Shown piece by piece: positions 37,368 through 50,085 of a stretch of DNA of 64,000 nucleotides (position 1 is the first letter of the stretch; the number at the start of each line of letters is the position of its first letter). A model generated the notes under the pieces. It searched no databases. It saw only the letters and a list, made by a program, of their open reading frames with translations, and was not told where the DNA came from. The stretch is from Lepidodermella squamata (taxonomy: Eukaryota > Animalia > Gastrotricha). Location: NCBI GenBank assembly GCA_047495785.1, contig JBLDXI010000043.1, positions 620,001 to 684,000 of the forward strand, read 5' to 3'. The translations under genes were made by a program, and so were the position numbers.

Positions 37368-38913
37368 ATGGCTGGTCAAACGAAGCCAGACATGGACCGT
37401 GTGGGCATCTTCAAGGAGATGGGCTACATCTCCATCGGAGACCCCTACACAGTCGCGAAACTGGACTTCAACACAGCTGCGACGAAGGGCAAGCAGTTAA
37501 TAGCACCCGCGTCGAAATCCAAAAATGCTACTCAAGCTGGTTATTTTACCGAAAAATACAACCGAATTATGGACGGCGAGTCCTATTCCGACCCAGTGAG
37601 AATGCGGAGGCAATGGCGCTTGCAGGAGAACAAGAAAATCATTGGAGGTCGCAACTGGGTGCCCGCCAGTGGCGAGAAGAAGCCTTCAGGTTTAGGCAAC
37701 CACTACGGCACGATCGGTGGAAAAGTCGAATACTTCGCAGCTATCGGTCACCCGCCGAAGAAAGAAGTCGAAAACAAGAAGAACTTTATGACCAATCCTG
37801 GCAAGAGAGGAACAGGCTATGGGTAAGAACTGAATACATAATTTAGAAGCACCAAATCGAGCTACTCATATTGTAAAGTTACTTGAATGTCGGCATCGGC
37901 AAATTTATGGCGCTGCCGTCGAGTAATTATGACAGTGAAAAAGAGTTTATCAAAGTTAGTTCATAAATTAGTTGCTGCGGTGTGAATTTCTACCCTTTGA
38001 CCTTATTTGGCTTTATTTTTCGTTGAAAAACGTGCTTATCGTGTTTTTACCCTATTCAGTTACGTTGCTGTGGGCTTGGATAAGTATCCTGAACATTCTC
38101 AGGACGACTACCGAGGCGAAGCTAAAATGATTTTGGTAATTTCCTGCTTCTATCATTTTTACTTTTTTCATTCAAACCGATGTGTCTTCCTCGAATTTAA
38201 ATCTCATTCGTTTTCACAGAAAGAAACAGCTGAACACAAGAAGCTAATGAAATCGGGTGCGTTCAAGCTTGGCATGCACCCAAAGAACTTCTTCGAAGAG
38301 AACCCCTTCAAGACGAACAAACCTCTGCCGCCGGCGAAACACCAGCCGAAATCGGCACCGCCACGCTCTGGTCCGTTCCGGCCGAGCAACCCGGGCAAAA
38401 TGCTGGGCGGCAACAAATCGGGTGGGTTCGAAAAGTGGCCGGCGCACTCCGAAGACAAGTACGTTGTCGCCGGGTGGCAGTCGCGGCCAGTCAAGGTCGT
38501 CAACACAACCGGCAAGACGTTCGTTCCAAACGCGTGGCCGAAATCAACTCCCGCTCGCTCTGTTATCTATCAAAACGTCGATAAGTAAGTGCTATCAACC
38601 ATGCTAAACCACAAAGCTCAATCGAATTCAGTTATGATCACGGCCTAGGGCGTAGGCAACTTTGTCTTATTGAATTTGAGCCTGATTGAATTTTACTTAA
38701 TTCTGACATCCATAGAAAAATGGATGTTCAAGAAATTGGAGTAAATTGGCTTGGTATAAGGCCATACTTATCTGTGTACCCAGTTTATTGGCATAAAACT
38801 GAAGATTACACATTTCATGCATCAAACAGGAAAATTAATTTTTTCTGTTTCATTTCAGAGCCGTCAACAACAACAATTACAAGGACGTAAAAGCAGTAAC
38901 AGCGTGTGGTTGA
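37368..38913 (+). CDS. CFAP96: CFAP96 (C4orf47, DUF4586) cilia- and flagella-associated protein with duplicated alternative exon 2
   Basis: DMDRVGIFKEMGYISIGDPY, GLGNHYGT, KNFMTNPGKRGTGYG; exons 37368-37822, 37879-37954 or 38060-38135, 38220-38584, 38859-38913. Confidence 0.9.
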
Positions 38914-39706
38914 TGATCAAGCAGCAAGTCTCCGATTCCTTGTCCCTGTTTTATAGCATCTTCATTATTTTTGTTGCCCGTACGAAGGTTTAATTTTATG
39001 ATTGCAAATTACGCAGAAAAAAGAAGTTGACGATGGCCGTTATTCTTGTTTACTTATATATTTTATTTGAAATGTTGCTGATTTTGTACTGCGCAGCGTA
39101 AGCATTGTGATCTCAGAAAGAGAAAGAAGCCATGTGATGAAAATATTAAAAGTTGCTTTATTTGGCAAGCACCAATTTGTCGTTGTTGTTTTTATCGCGG
39201 CTAAGGGCATATATTGCTGACGACCGTTTGTAAATGGCGAATACTGCACCTTTTTCTCTAGCTTTTTCATTAGGCATACACCATATCTCACTAAAATGTC
39301 GGTCACATGCCCATTCTTTCCCGCTGATTCACATGCAGAAAATGAATACCACGTAGCAAATAAGGACAAGTGAATAACATAACTGGTGAAATTTGAATTG
39401 CACATAATGATAATGCAATAGAAAAAGGTGTTGGGGTATTTAAATCACGATGGTCTAATATAATAAGACGGTGAATTGTGCTACTGTTTGCCAACTTGCC
39501 AACTTGCAGTCAATTACTATTCCTCCAAGAGTCAAGTAGCAGTAAATTTTCGGGATCAGTTCTTCACTCTGCGAAGAAATCGTCTTCTCTCATATTACAT
39601 AGCAGACATAGCAGAGAGCAGCATTATCACTGGTCAATCGATGTCCAGACAACAATATGTAATAAAACTGAATTCGTGATAACGAGGCTGTATGGGCTGT
39701 ACATGT

Positions 39707-39734
39707 GTTACAGGTAACGCTGTTACCTAGCAAC
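39707..39734. promoter_or_regulatory. RFX X-box-like motif pair
   Basis: GTTACCTAGCAAC (39722-39734) matches the RFX consensus with a 1-nt spacer; adjacent GTTACAGGTAAC (39707-39718). Confidence 0.45.
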
Positions 39735-41107
39735 AAAAATAATTTGATAATACGTCATTTCTTCAAAGTTCATAAAATTGAGTTAGTTTAATTTATTCTT
39801 GTCAGAAATTTCATTTTGAGTTTGAGCGCGCAAATATAGCTTTTTGTTTTTGTCCGATCCGCGAACTCAACATGTCGCACTCCACCGTCTTTTTGAGTTA
39901 TCCATTCCCAGGACGAGCGTGACAGGCCGTACAACCACAGGCCCTTGACCCTTGAATGGCCATCGGCTGATTTCACTCCCGGCACTCGATAGCTCAAGGC
40001 GTTTCGCCGATGCGATTCGATTTGGAACCACAAACCACGCCTGTGGCCACCACTAGAGAGCTACTTGATTTCACATCCCCGAAATTGTTCTCAAACTTCT
40101 AGCATCGATCGAAAGATATAACAGCCCTAATAAACAATTACCGTTACTTAGTTGGCGTTGGCTCGCAGTGGCTTGATCAAGCCACTCGAGTGGCGCTTCG
40201 TCCGCCTTAGCCCGGTTCGACCAGATCGGTGTGGCATGGGCTGGTAGGCGGTGTTGTCCAGGAGCCAGGAGCCAGGAGCCAGGAGCTACTCAACTTTGCC
40301 AATTGCCAATGGCTTGTTTGAAGACGTAGGCGCTAAACCCTTGCGTGATCAGCTCATTGCCGGTGATATTGTAATTAAGCAGCATCAGTGTGTTTTATTT
40401 CGAAATAGTAATATATATTTAGCGCCGGCCACGGGTGGGCTTAGGGCGCATCCAAGAGAGAAAATTAGGATAAAGTCATCACTTGTTTTAGTTTTTGGTC
40501 AATACAGTAAGAGAGTGAGATGTACACAAATTATTTCCTCTTTCAGCTTTTTTAAACATAGTAATTGAGAATAGCATCGTGCCATATCATTAGTTATACA
40601 GTAGCTGGTTAGTCCGAGCTTGTCGATTTAGGGTATGTATAGTTTTTCAGATGGTGTCGGAAATTAGACGCTAATGATAAAATATTAGACAGACATTGTA
40701 TGAGGAGATTGATTGTTTTCCTCCTCGTTCAGCTTGCTATTCAGGGCATTGCGCATGGTGTGATTGTGCGGGAAGACAGGCTAGATGCGTGCAGCTTTCG
40801 AGCTTTAGCGTTGAGTATTGTTGAGGCGAAAATTTAGACCTCGCGAAAAATAAAGGTTCTTGAGAACTAAGGCAACGCGAAAATTTTATCTCGCCTTTTA
40901 AGGTAGGAGGCAACGTTGATTGATAACCGATAGGAGATTTATTGTTATCCAGAACAAATCGAGAAGGCAGCTCATGCTCAAGTGCAGTAAGAACACTGAA
41001 TTCTGATTATACAATCAAAGACTGTAAATAGTACCTATGAAGTTAAATATGTGTTGTATGTCAACAGTTTTGCGACCTCGAGTCATTTTATTCCGACACT
41101 GTGTGGA

Positions 41108-41156
41108 GATTCAGCGACGTTTCGGGTACCACGTACCCATCATCAGGCTAATAATC
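41108..41156 (-). ncRNA. Minimal type I hammerhead ribozyme (Penelope-like-element type)
   Basis: Minus strand UUAGC-CUGAUGA-U-GGGUAC-GUG-GUACCC-GAAAC-GUC^GCUGA: intact core, perfect 6-bp stem II, stem I UUAGC/GCUGA, palindromic ACGU stem III; AATAAA about 25 nt downstream. Confidence 0.85.
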
Positions 41157-42066
41157 TAGAACAAGCACAATCACAACAAGTAGATTAGTACAACGAGTTG
41201 AATGTATGGTGATTTGATGGTTAAATATTTGGTGTAATTGGCACCGATTCAGTCACCGATTAAGATGAATCATCGAAAACAAATACCGAATACAATTAAC
41301 ATATCCCTTCGCGTCTTCAAGTTTTTGTTTGAAATGTTAGATTTTCCCTCTTTTTGGTGAAATTCTACTCGTTCCTTCTTTTCCTGGCTATGATTAACGC
41401 TTCGTCACGCCCGGCCCTGCAAGGCTTGCACAACCATTGGTCGGTCACCTGCCGTTGGGAGCTGTGGCAGACCAACGCACGACCTTCAGGTGAATCAGAT
41501 CCTGAATCCTGAACCTATCTCTCAGCATGTTTCGGGCAGCAGTAAATTATGACGCTGACGAAAGAATCGCGCTTGACAGATGAGTTTTTAACCCAACTGT
41601 AAGATTATGACGTATAACATCACTCCAATAAACTCGCGGAAAACGCAAGAGACTGCATCTGGAGCTAGAGTCACATGAATTTGGTGGTTGATAAAGGTCC
41701 CTTCAGCGTTTCCGTGAGGGTCCCGAATCGCTGGCAAGTGGCTAGTCACGGGACATTGTTAAGCATCGTAGATTTTGTCTTATCAGCAGCTCCTCGGTTT
41801 GTCGGGCGGTTTCGGGTGGACACGTCGACCGAGCATCGATTATTTCATTGAGAGATTATTATTATTTGTAAAGAGAGTGTGGTAGCACGCGATTTAGTTC
41901 GCGAAAAAAGGCAAGTTGCTTGTAAAACGTAAAACTTGTCTTGCTCTGTAAAGTTTGGGCTTTTGGCCTTTTTCTTTAAAATTCAATAGCGTGCTTTTCT
42001 GTTATTTATTAGGCTTTAATTGCCGACTACTATTAGCAGTAGTATTAACTGGGCGTCGACAATAGA

Positions 42067-42783
42067 ATGGAGGGTGCTGCCGATGAGAACATGTCTGTGG
42101 AGATAATAACGAACAACGGCGACGACGTCGACGATTTATCAGAAGGCGGCGACGCCGGGGGTTCGGCGCACAGCCTGCCGACGTGCTCGCGGCAGACGTG
42201 TTCGCGGTCGCACGAGTGCTCGGCGGCGTGCCAGCGGTGGCGGTTCGCGTTCGGCGTCGCCGGCGTCGCGTCCTACGAAGTCTTCTCCATGTTCGTCGCA
42301 GCGCCGGAGATGCTGCACAGGTGAGTATGCGATTGATCGTAACTCTCATACACTTGGTTGATTTCACTTTTTGACAGTTTGTTGCGGTCGTCGCGCCTCT
42401 TCTCGGTGGTGTCGAACTCGCTGTGGGCGTCGGCGCACGTCGGCGTCGTCGGCTACACGTTCTGCTCGCGGCTGATGCGGCAGTTCGCGCTGCCGCACCG
42501 CCTGCTGTACTCGGCGACGGGCGGCGTGCTGTTCAACTTCGGCTCGGTGCTGCTGTGGGCGATCCTCAAGAAGCTGGCGGCGTCGAACGCGGCGCGGTGC
42601 GGCCTCGCGCTCCTCTCCGGCCTGCTCCTGCTCGCCGTCGGCTCGTCGTTTCTGGCGTTTCGCGGCAGCAGCCTCGCGAGTAGCAGCGATTCCTCGAACC
42701 ACCACGGCCTCCACGGCCATGCGTACTCGTTGATGGCTGATGATGACGATCAAATGGCGGCTGCGTCGTCGTCCCACTGCTGA
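42067..42783 (+). CDS. Uncharacterised multipass (about 4 TM) membrane protein
   Basis: Exons 42067-42320 and 42378-42783 (57-nt GTGAGT..CAG intron, phase 2); strong GC3 bias; LYSATGGVLFNFGSVLLWA segment. Confidence 0.75.
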
Positions 42784-43191
42784 TGTCCCACAAATCAGTA
42801 GTAGTCATTCATTCATTGGCGGCCTAGTCAGCAGATGTCATATAATGTGTGCATGCATCATTATTTTCTCCACTTGATCATCTTTGTACTTCATCTTCAT
42901 TTTCTTTCAAGTCGTCGTGCGTTGCTCGTTCAACTCGATGATTCATGCTCTGTCATACATACATGATGAAAGTGACCGAGCCTCCGCAATTGACAACAAC
43001 AACAACAACGATATTCGCTACACTCGAATTTGATAATAAACAAATAAAAGGAGAGATCATTTCGAAGTTTCGCACTTTGTCCAATCTTTTATTATGATCA
43101 GTTAGGAGAAACTGATGCAGAATTGCCGAAGCAGTTGATGCTGGTTAACACTAACCGATCGTTAGGTACATGTTTGGCCCTAGTACTAACG

Positions 43192-43478
43192 CAGGGCTTC
43201 TCAAACTGGGGTCTCCAGGGTCGCCTGATGATTTCGATTTGGTTCTTCAAAAATTCCTAAAAATATTAGTGTTAAAAGCTCACATCCCACTGTATTCGAC
43301 CGAAAACCGGCTGGAAAATGTGGCTAAGAGCATGCAACATTTTCAAATTTGATAACTTGGAAGCAGAATTTCAGAATTTTCGGGATCTTTTCCTCCGCTG
43401 TAAAGAATGGCAAAACTTCGGTAGGGGTCGCAGCCTGATAATTGATGATATTCGATCGCCAAGTGTTGGAAAGCCCTG
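43192..43478. mobile_element. Old hAT (Charlie-like) MITE
   Basis: Termini cagggcttctcaaact ... tgttggaaagccctg; internal ggggtc motifs; 8-bp flanks match only partly (tactaacg / ttctattg). Confidence 0.55.
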
Positions 43479-44316
43479 TTCTATTGGAACAAAATTAGAA
43501 AACATGTTCGAGGCGAACTTGAAATTCTGTTCAAGCCTTGCCGCCAGCAAGAGAGCACTGCGGAATCACGATTCAACAAGATTGTGTCTTAGTTTTTTTG
43601 AAAGTCACCCCATTTTATGTTACCTTCCGGTTCAGTTTGGGCAAACTGGTGACAACATTTTCCATCTCATTGGATGCCGTTTCAGATTCCAGACGCTATG
43701 AAATGCTTCCCAAGCAACTGCTTCGCAAGCATTGCTTCCCAATTAGCTGAATGTTTAGGAAATTCAATAACTATTTAGTCCTGTTACCGCGGAGCAAGGA
43801 TACGTTACATGATCAATCAACCGATCGATCAACGAATTCAACGGTAACATAAAAAGCTAATGAAAAATATGTTTCATTTTACATCTGAATGGAGGGTGGC
43901 TAGGGCCTAGGGCGAAGGATGAGTTTGATCGAGAAGCATTAGTTCGGAATCTAACAATCCAATTCTTGGCTTTACTTGCGATTTACTATTATTAGGCACT
44001 TTCGTGGCTCAGCGGTATTCGCTGTAGGTATTCGCCCGTGGGAGAGGGCATGCATTCACCGGATCTGTTTTCACCGATCATTTCTCGGCAACATCCCATT
44101 TTCGAAGCGACTGCTCTCGGCAATCTAGTAGTCGAATGAACACGCCGATCATAGAAGACAAACCCAGCAAACCAACATAACCAACATTATTCAATGTTTA
44201 TTATTTTCAGAATTTGCACAATGTTACTTTTATTTAAAACAGAACAAAGTTGTGACTTTTCCAATTTTTTTGGTATGAAAGCTCTGTTATTCTTCATTAT
44301 TATGACGATTTCTCTA

Positions 44317-45405
44317 TCATTTCAAAGCAGCAGCAGCAGTGGTGTTGAGCAGGAGTTCGTGGCTGGCGAGTTGCATGCGCGTCAGCTTGATGGCGGGCAG
44401 GTGCTCGTTGGCGCCGTCCCACTCGCGCACCCGCGTCACGTTCTCGGCGGACAGCAGGTCGGGCACGTCGAGGCCCGTCGCCGTCAGCTGCGCCAGTTCT
44501 TCGCGCGACCGGTGCGCCACGTCCGCCTCGCGCTTCATCTGCGAGTTGTTCGGCAGCCGGCGCTTCGGCAGCAGCGCCTTCTCCGCCGCCACGTCGTCCA
44601 CGGCACTGCGCACGTACTCCGCGTACCTACGAAACATTCGTAAACAAAAACATATGAATAACTATAGTTTACAGTGAAATCAAGAATATGAGAAATGGAA
44701 TCAGATAGAAATTTCGAGTGATTTCTAGCGAGTTCGACTTCGAAAGCAATCATCGAATTTCCAAACTCGCTGTTTTCAAAGCTAAATGGTCAATATGACA
44801 GCTCAAATTCCTCAGAATCTTATCTTGAATTGAAATTGGAAGCTCAAGTTTGAGAATAAAATCGAAAATTTCGAAACTCGCTAATGTTCCATTGCATGGG
44901 CGCTATTTAGAACGACATTGAGAATTTTTAAACAAAAAGTGTAACCAATTATTCTAGTTCGTGTATCGCCGGTGAAAAGTTAAGATTCTATTCCTGTTCT
45001 TATAAAATGCTTTTTCTACTCGGTTTTGCTCAAGGTTCATGAGTAGTTGTTGGAACCCAACAATTTGTGAGAAAGCGATAGGTATCTCGAATGAAATCAT
45101 AGCCTATGCATTATAATTAGGTACCTGGCAACGACGAGTTTGAACTCGGCGTGGGTGAGCTGCTTCTTGTCGGCGAGTCCGCAGTCGTCGCTGAGCATTT
45201 CGGCCTGGAACCAGGCGAGGCGCGTGCCGAGCGTCGAGTCGCGCGCCGACCGCGTCGACAGCCGCTGCTCGACGCGCTTCTCGTGCAGGATGCGCTTGCC
45301 GATGCGGTTCGCCTTGCGGCTCTTCGGGTGCACGCCCTTGCCGCCCATCTTCGTCGTCAGCTTCGAGATGCGTCCGGCGATCGTCGACGTCTTCGACTTG
45401 CCCAT
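44317..45405 (-). CDS. TMA16: Translation machinery-associated protein 16
   Basis: VHPKSRKA, RLAWFQ, GLDVPDL...VREWDG; exons 45405-45125 and 44626-44317 (phase 2). Confidence 0.9.
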
Positions 45406-45955
45406 TGATATGATATTAGTAGATCACTGAGTAGCAACAAGCGAAAGCGACACAACAACACGTATATAAACTAAAGCCTAAAATGTACAATAAAGGCGAC
45501 ATTACAAAAGCGGCATGCGGAAACACGAGAAAAACTGTTGCGTTTATTCAAAAAGTTTTGGCAATTTTCGACGCGAGACAAAACAACAACAAATAGAACA
45601 AAAAACGATAGGTATTATTACTATTAGGTATCACTTGTTTGAGCAACAGCGACTTGATGATGAATCATCAATGTTTCGAAAACAACCACACGCAAGAATG
45701 ACAAGAAGAACGGCGTAAAATAACCATCCACGATTAATTAGGTTAAACAAATAAAGAAAAACAGATTCCGAGGAAAGAAGATAAGCAGGAGGAAAGACAT
45801 TGATATAAAACGACTACAAGTAACAAAATTTGCTAGACGATATAGCAACATCATCGAGACGAACAAACCAGAAACCAGAAGAAGAAGAAGAAGAAGTAGC
45901 ATCTAGCATCAACGCATCACAGTTTCGGTGCTTTATGATGATCGAAAGTCTACTA

Positions 45956-48900
45956 CTACGTTGTGGATGATGATGATGATAGCAGGAGGTTGCGGACTGC
46001 CTTGTGCGACACCTCAACGCCGTGCTGCGCCTTCAACAACACAGAACGCACACGCGATAGCAACGGCACAACTACGCTACTACTGCTACTAATAAAACTA
46101 TTGCTACCACTCTGACCAGTACCAGTACCTGATTGCTGCTCCATGCGACGAACTTCAGCCCACAGTGTCGCATTGACAAACGTGTACATGCAGAGGGAGG
46201 GCGTACTGCTGCTGCTCTTCGGCGTCACCAGCGTGTGGAAGCGGCCGTTCGGAATCGAGAGTGGCGCATCGCCTACTCGCATTGCAATCGCATTCACGCC
46301 ATCAACCATCGTCGATTCATCATCGCCATCGTCGTCGTCGTCATCGTCGTCGTCGAATCGAACAATGACCGAGCCGTTGAGGACAAACAACTGCACGTCG
46401 TCGAGTTGCGCGTCGATGAAGTGGTGCAGCCGCATGGATGGGAAGTCGGCGAACACCAGGTACTCGGCATGCGACGCGTCCAATTCACGGTGACTGCGGA
46501 TTCGCAACTGACTGGCGACGCCTAGCGTGTGCAACAACGCACTTGTGTTGTACGCATTCAAGCGAGGCAGTTCTTCGATGAGCGGCATCAGCCACGGTGG
46601 CTTAACAAATGGCGACCACGTGACGGCGAACATGTCGGCGCGCGGGTCGACGAGGCGCTGGTGCACGCGCTGGTTCAGCGACACCCACGAGTCGATGAAC
46701 AGCGAGTAACGCCGCTCGATAGCCGCCACGTCAACGATAGCCGATTGCTGCGTCTGCTTCTTGGCCTTCTTGTTGCCATTGCTGTTACTTTCACTGTTAG
46801 ATCGCGTCGCTTCGACGTGCGCCAACATGTTGGCGACGCAGCGGGCGAACTGGTAGATCATGTCCGGGTGGAAGGCCCAACGCGGCGACGCCATCGGCAC
46901 CAGTTTCTAAGAACAACAACACGCATTGTTTTGAAATAATTGACAAAAATGACCCAAAGCCCCAAAGTTTCATCAAATCAAAAACCAAAATTCTAACACA
47001 TGATGATAGGTGTTTGTTTACCTCTGCATCCAAGTAGACGTTTTCGCGGGTGGCCTTGTCGCGGAGCGTGACGGTGACGTGGGCGACGTTCCACTCGTGC
47101 AGCATCATCTCCCACGAGAAGCCGTACTGGCCCGTGCCCGACCACGTCAGCAGGCCTGGCGTCAACCGGTGACTCACCACCGGAATCGCCAGCTGCAGGC
47201 CAACGTGCAGCGACACGGCACACGCGAGAGCAACGTGCCACCAATTCTGGTTGTTCGATCCAGTTGGACTCCCGTGAACACCTGATGAAGTATCCACAGG
47301 CTGCTGTTGCTCGTTGTCGTCGGCTGCAGAAGCTGCAGAGTCCTTGCTGCCACCGCCTTTTGCGGCTTGCCGTTTCGCCTTGATCGCCCGTCGCCGTTCA
47401 GCCGCCTTGTGCGCCATCTTGTCGCCTCTCGCCAGCTGCTGCTCATCCTTGCTATCTTTGCTGCTGCTATTGTCAGTTGTTGTTGCCAGTCTTCGAAACG
47501 GAAATTGCAGCGGCGGTGGCAGGGTGTAGGCGGGTAGGAAGAGCGCCTGCGTGGCGAGCATCACGCCCGGGAACACGCCGATGTTGAACAGCTGCGAGTT
47601 CATGACGTGGAACGCGGTTGTGAAGAGCAGGGCGGCGGGGCGAGTCGCCGCGAAGAACAGCGCCACGCCTGCCACCGAGTCGATGAGCAGGCCGGCGACG
47701 CGGATCGCGTAGAAATCGAACGCCTCCGTCGATATCACGACGGTGTCACCGCCAGCTGTAGCTTCGAGGAGTTGCTTCGCGCCGGCGAAGAGCCAGTGCT
47801 GCGCGAGCGTGGGCAGCGCTCGGCCCTGCAGCCAGTCGGCGTTCATCTTGTTCAAGCCGGCGTACGTGTACACGATGGCGACTTGCAACTGCGGCAGCGC
47901 ATAGTTCCAGTAGGGTACACTGCTAGTAGTAGTAGTCGTATGTCTACTTGCTCTTCTTCTTAGCAGCCAGTTGTCAATAGAAAGCAGGTGGCCGGCTCGG
48001 GTGCACGCGAGCATGAGCACGAGGATGCCGTACAGGTACGAGTGGTTGTTCCAGCGCAGTTTGTCGAGGGCGAGGCAGCCCCAGAACACGCCCACGTACA
48101 GCACGCACGACAGCCGGAAAGCCATGCCAACGGCGATGCACAACGCAGCTGCAAAATTTAGACATTAGTAACCATCTGGAAAGCATCAAAATCAAACGAT
48201 ATCTAGGCTAAAATTTCGCATTGTAAAAGGAGAAGCTGCGGGAGCTTGCTTGATCAAGCCATCAACATTAAAATAGTAACATTTCAATAATTTCTCCCGA
48301 TCTTATCAAGATTCCTCGCTTTCAACCTCTCTATTTATCACGAATTGAATTTCGGAAAATGACTTTGCCAAGCGAATACCTATGAAGGTTCGCAACTAGA
48401 TCGACGATTGCCCGCGATCTTGTATCATTCCGACGAACACTTGGAAACTTCCCACTAAAATCCCCTTTCTAGGGTTAAAAGGTTCATGTGACCCTAGTTT
48501 ACTGAGTTTATAGAGCTGTCAATTTGATTTGCTGCGGCAGAAGGAGCTGCCTTATAATATTGAAGTATGTTCTTATTACCTATGGCCTGGATGGCGCATG
48601 CGATGGCGTAGGCGTCGGGCGTGAGGCGCGGCAGACCGTCCCACACCGGAAACGTGCACAGCTTGAGGTCGGCCGAGTCGGCGAGTTGCGCGTACACCGC
48701 GTCGTCCGCCCACCCGCGCTCGATCACCGTGTCGAAAAACAGCAACAGGCCTGTATTATATTCATGTAGGTATAAAATAGTTATAGGCAAGTAGTCATAG
48801 AGTTGTTGTTACCTAGTAGGAAGCGGAATGTCACGAGGCTGTAGTTGGTGCCCGCAATCGGCGTGTCCAAGTACCGCCCAACAGCCTGCAACTTGTCCAT
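45956..48900 (-). CDS. GGCX: Vitamin K-dependent gamma-glutamyl carboxylase
   Basis: Exons 48900-48813, 48750-48580, 48148-47022, 46906-45956; WNNHSYLY, YAGLNKMNADWLQG, FHVMNSQLFNIGVFP, YGFSWEMMLH, HPDMIYQFARC, SLNQRVHQRLVDP, FADFP. Confidence 0.92.
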
Positions 48901-50085
48901 CAGCAGCAACGTAGCAGTGTAGGAAAGGTGGAGCGAAAAGTGTGGATGATTCAAGTACGGGCCGTCAAGGCATCATTTGATATATGATCGATCGCCTTGT
49001 TGTTGTTGTTGTTGTGTCCATCTCAAAGCCAAATTGATATCAATAGATATTTCATCTAAAATGTATTAATCGAAAATGTATTATAAACCAATCATCGAGT
49101 CAGGAAATTGCAACAACCAGCGATTGCAAAGTTGCGGTCACAGGTAGCGGTCACCGGTAGAAAAAAATGAAAAAATGCAGAAAAAACAACGAAAATAAAG
49201 ACAACGCTGAAACAACGTGTTTACTCTTCGTGAGTTTTTATTCTTTCAAGTCTGTCTGTTTGCTGCAAATTAATTAAATAAGTCTTTATAGCAATAGCTT
49301 TCTTTTTTTTTGATAAACTATGCAGTCAGGTGTAATAATATTTGTAAGAAGAAGAAGAAGAAGAAGTAGGAAGATGCTTTCATTCAGTAGTTGCTGCACT
49401 TGCTGCTGCAAGAACCGGGACTTCTCATCGTCGAAAATATTGATATCGAAATAAGGAAGTTACTTCCTACAATGGCACCATTCTCATTCATTTTCATCAT
49501 CATCGTAATCACCGTACTCAACTATTATACATAAGTGTATATAATAAACTTGAATGATGGATGATTTCGATCGATCGATCGTCCAAAATAAACATAATAA
49601 TCACAATAATAATATAAGTATCAATTCTTCTATATCATTTCATTGTGAATTCGACAACAATTTCACGCGAATATGAATATGATGATATGCATGAATGGAC
49701 GACGAGGATAGCTGGCAGGCAGTGAAAGGAGACACAGGCAGCAACAACAACAACAATATGATCATTCGAATCGAATTATCGCCAGTCACACCACATAACC
49801 ATAGCCATACATACTTATATCGCATGTTTAGAGTTGATACACTCACTTAGTCACTGACTCACTTGGTTACTACTTGTATTTGCAGACTCACAAACAAACC
49901 GACAAACAAACAAACAACAAGGCCATTTATTCAATAATAATTACTATATCATATTATTATTATCATAGCTAACATAGTATCTATTATAGTCCATCATCAT
50001 TGTTATTAGTAGTTTCAAGTCTAGTAGTAGTCGTAGTCGAAGTAGACTAATCAATCAATCGATCGATCGATCGATCTCAATTGAT

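Noticed and set aside
39788-40050. 81-aa minus-strand ORF with faint C-type-lectin-like W/YIC spacing
   Set aside because: Lacks the required cysteines; no consistent exon chain could be built.
40640-40900. Possible decayed Penelope GIY-YIG tail and a ttttcgcga MITE fragment near the hammerhead
   Set aside because: Multiple stops, similarity too weak to support by eye, no paired termini.
43995-44065. A-box-like tggctcagcgg suggesting a tRNA or SINE head
   Set aside because: No convincing B-box or cloverleaf.
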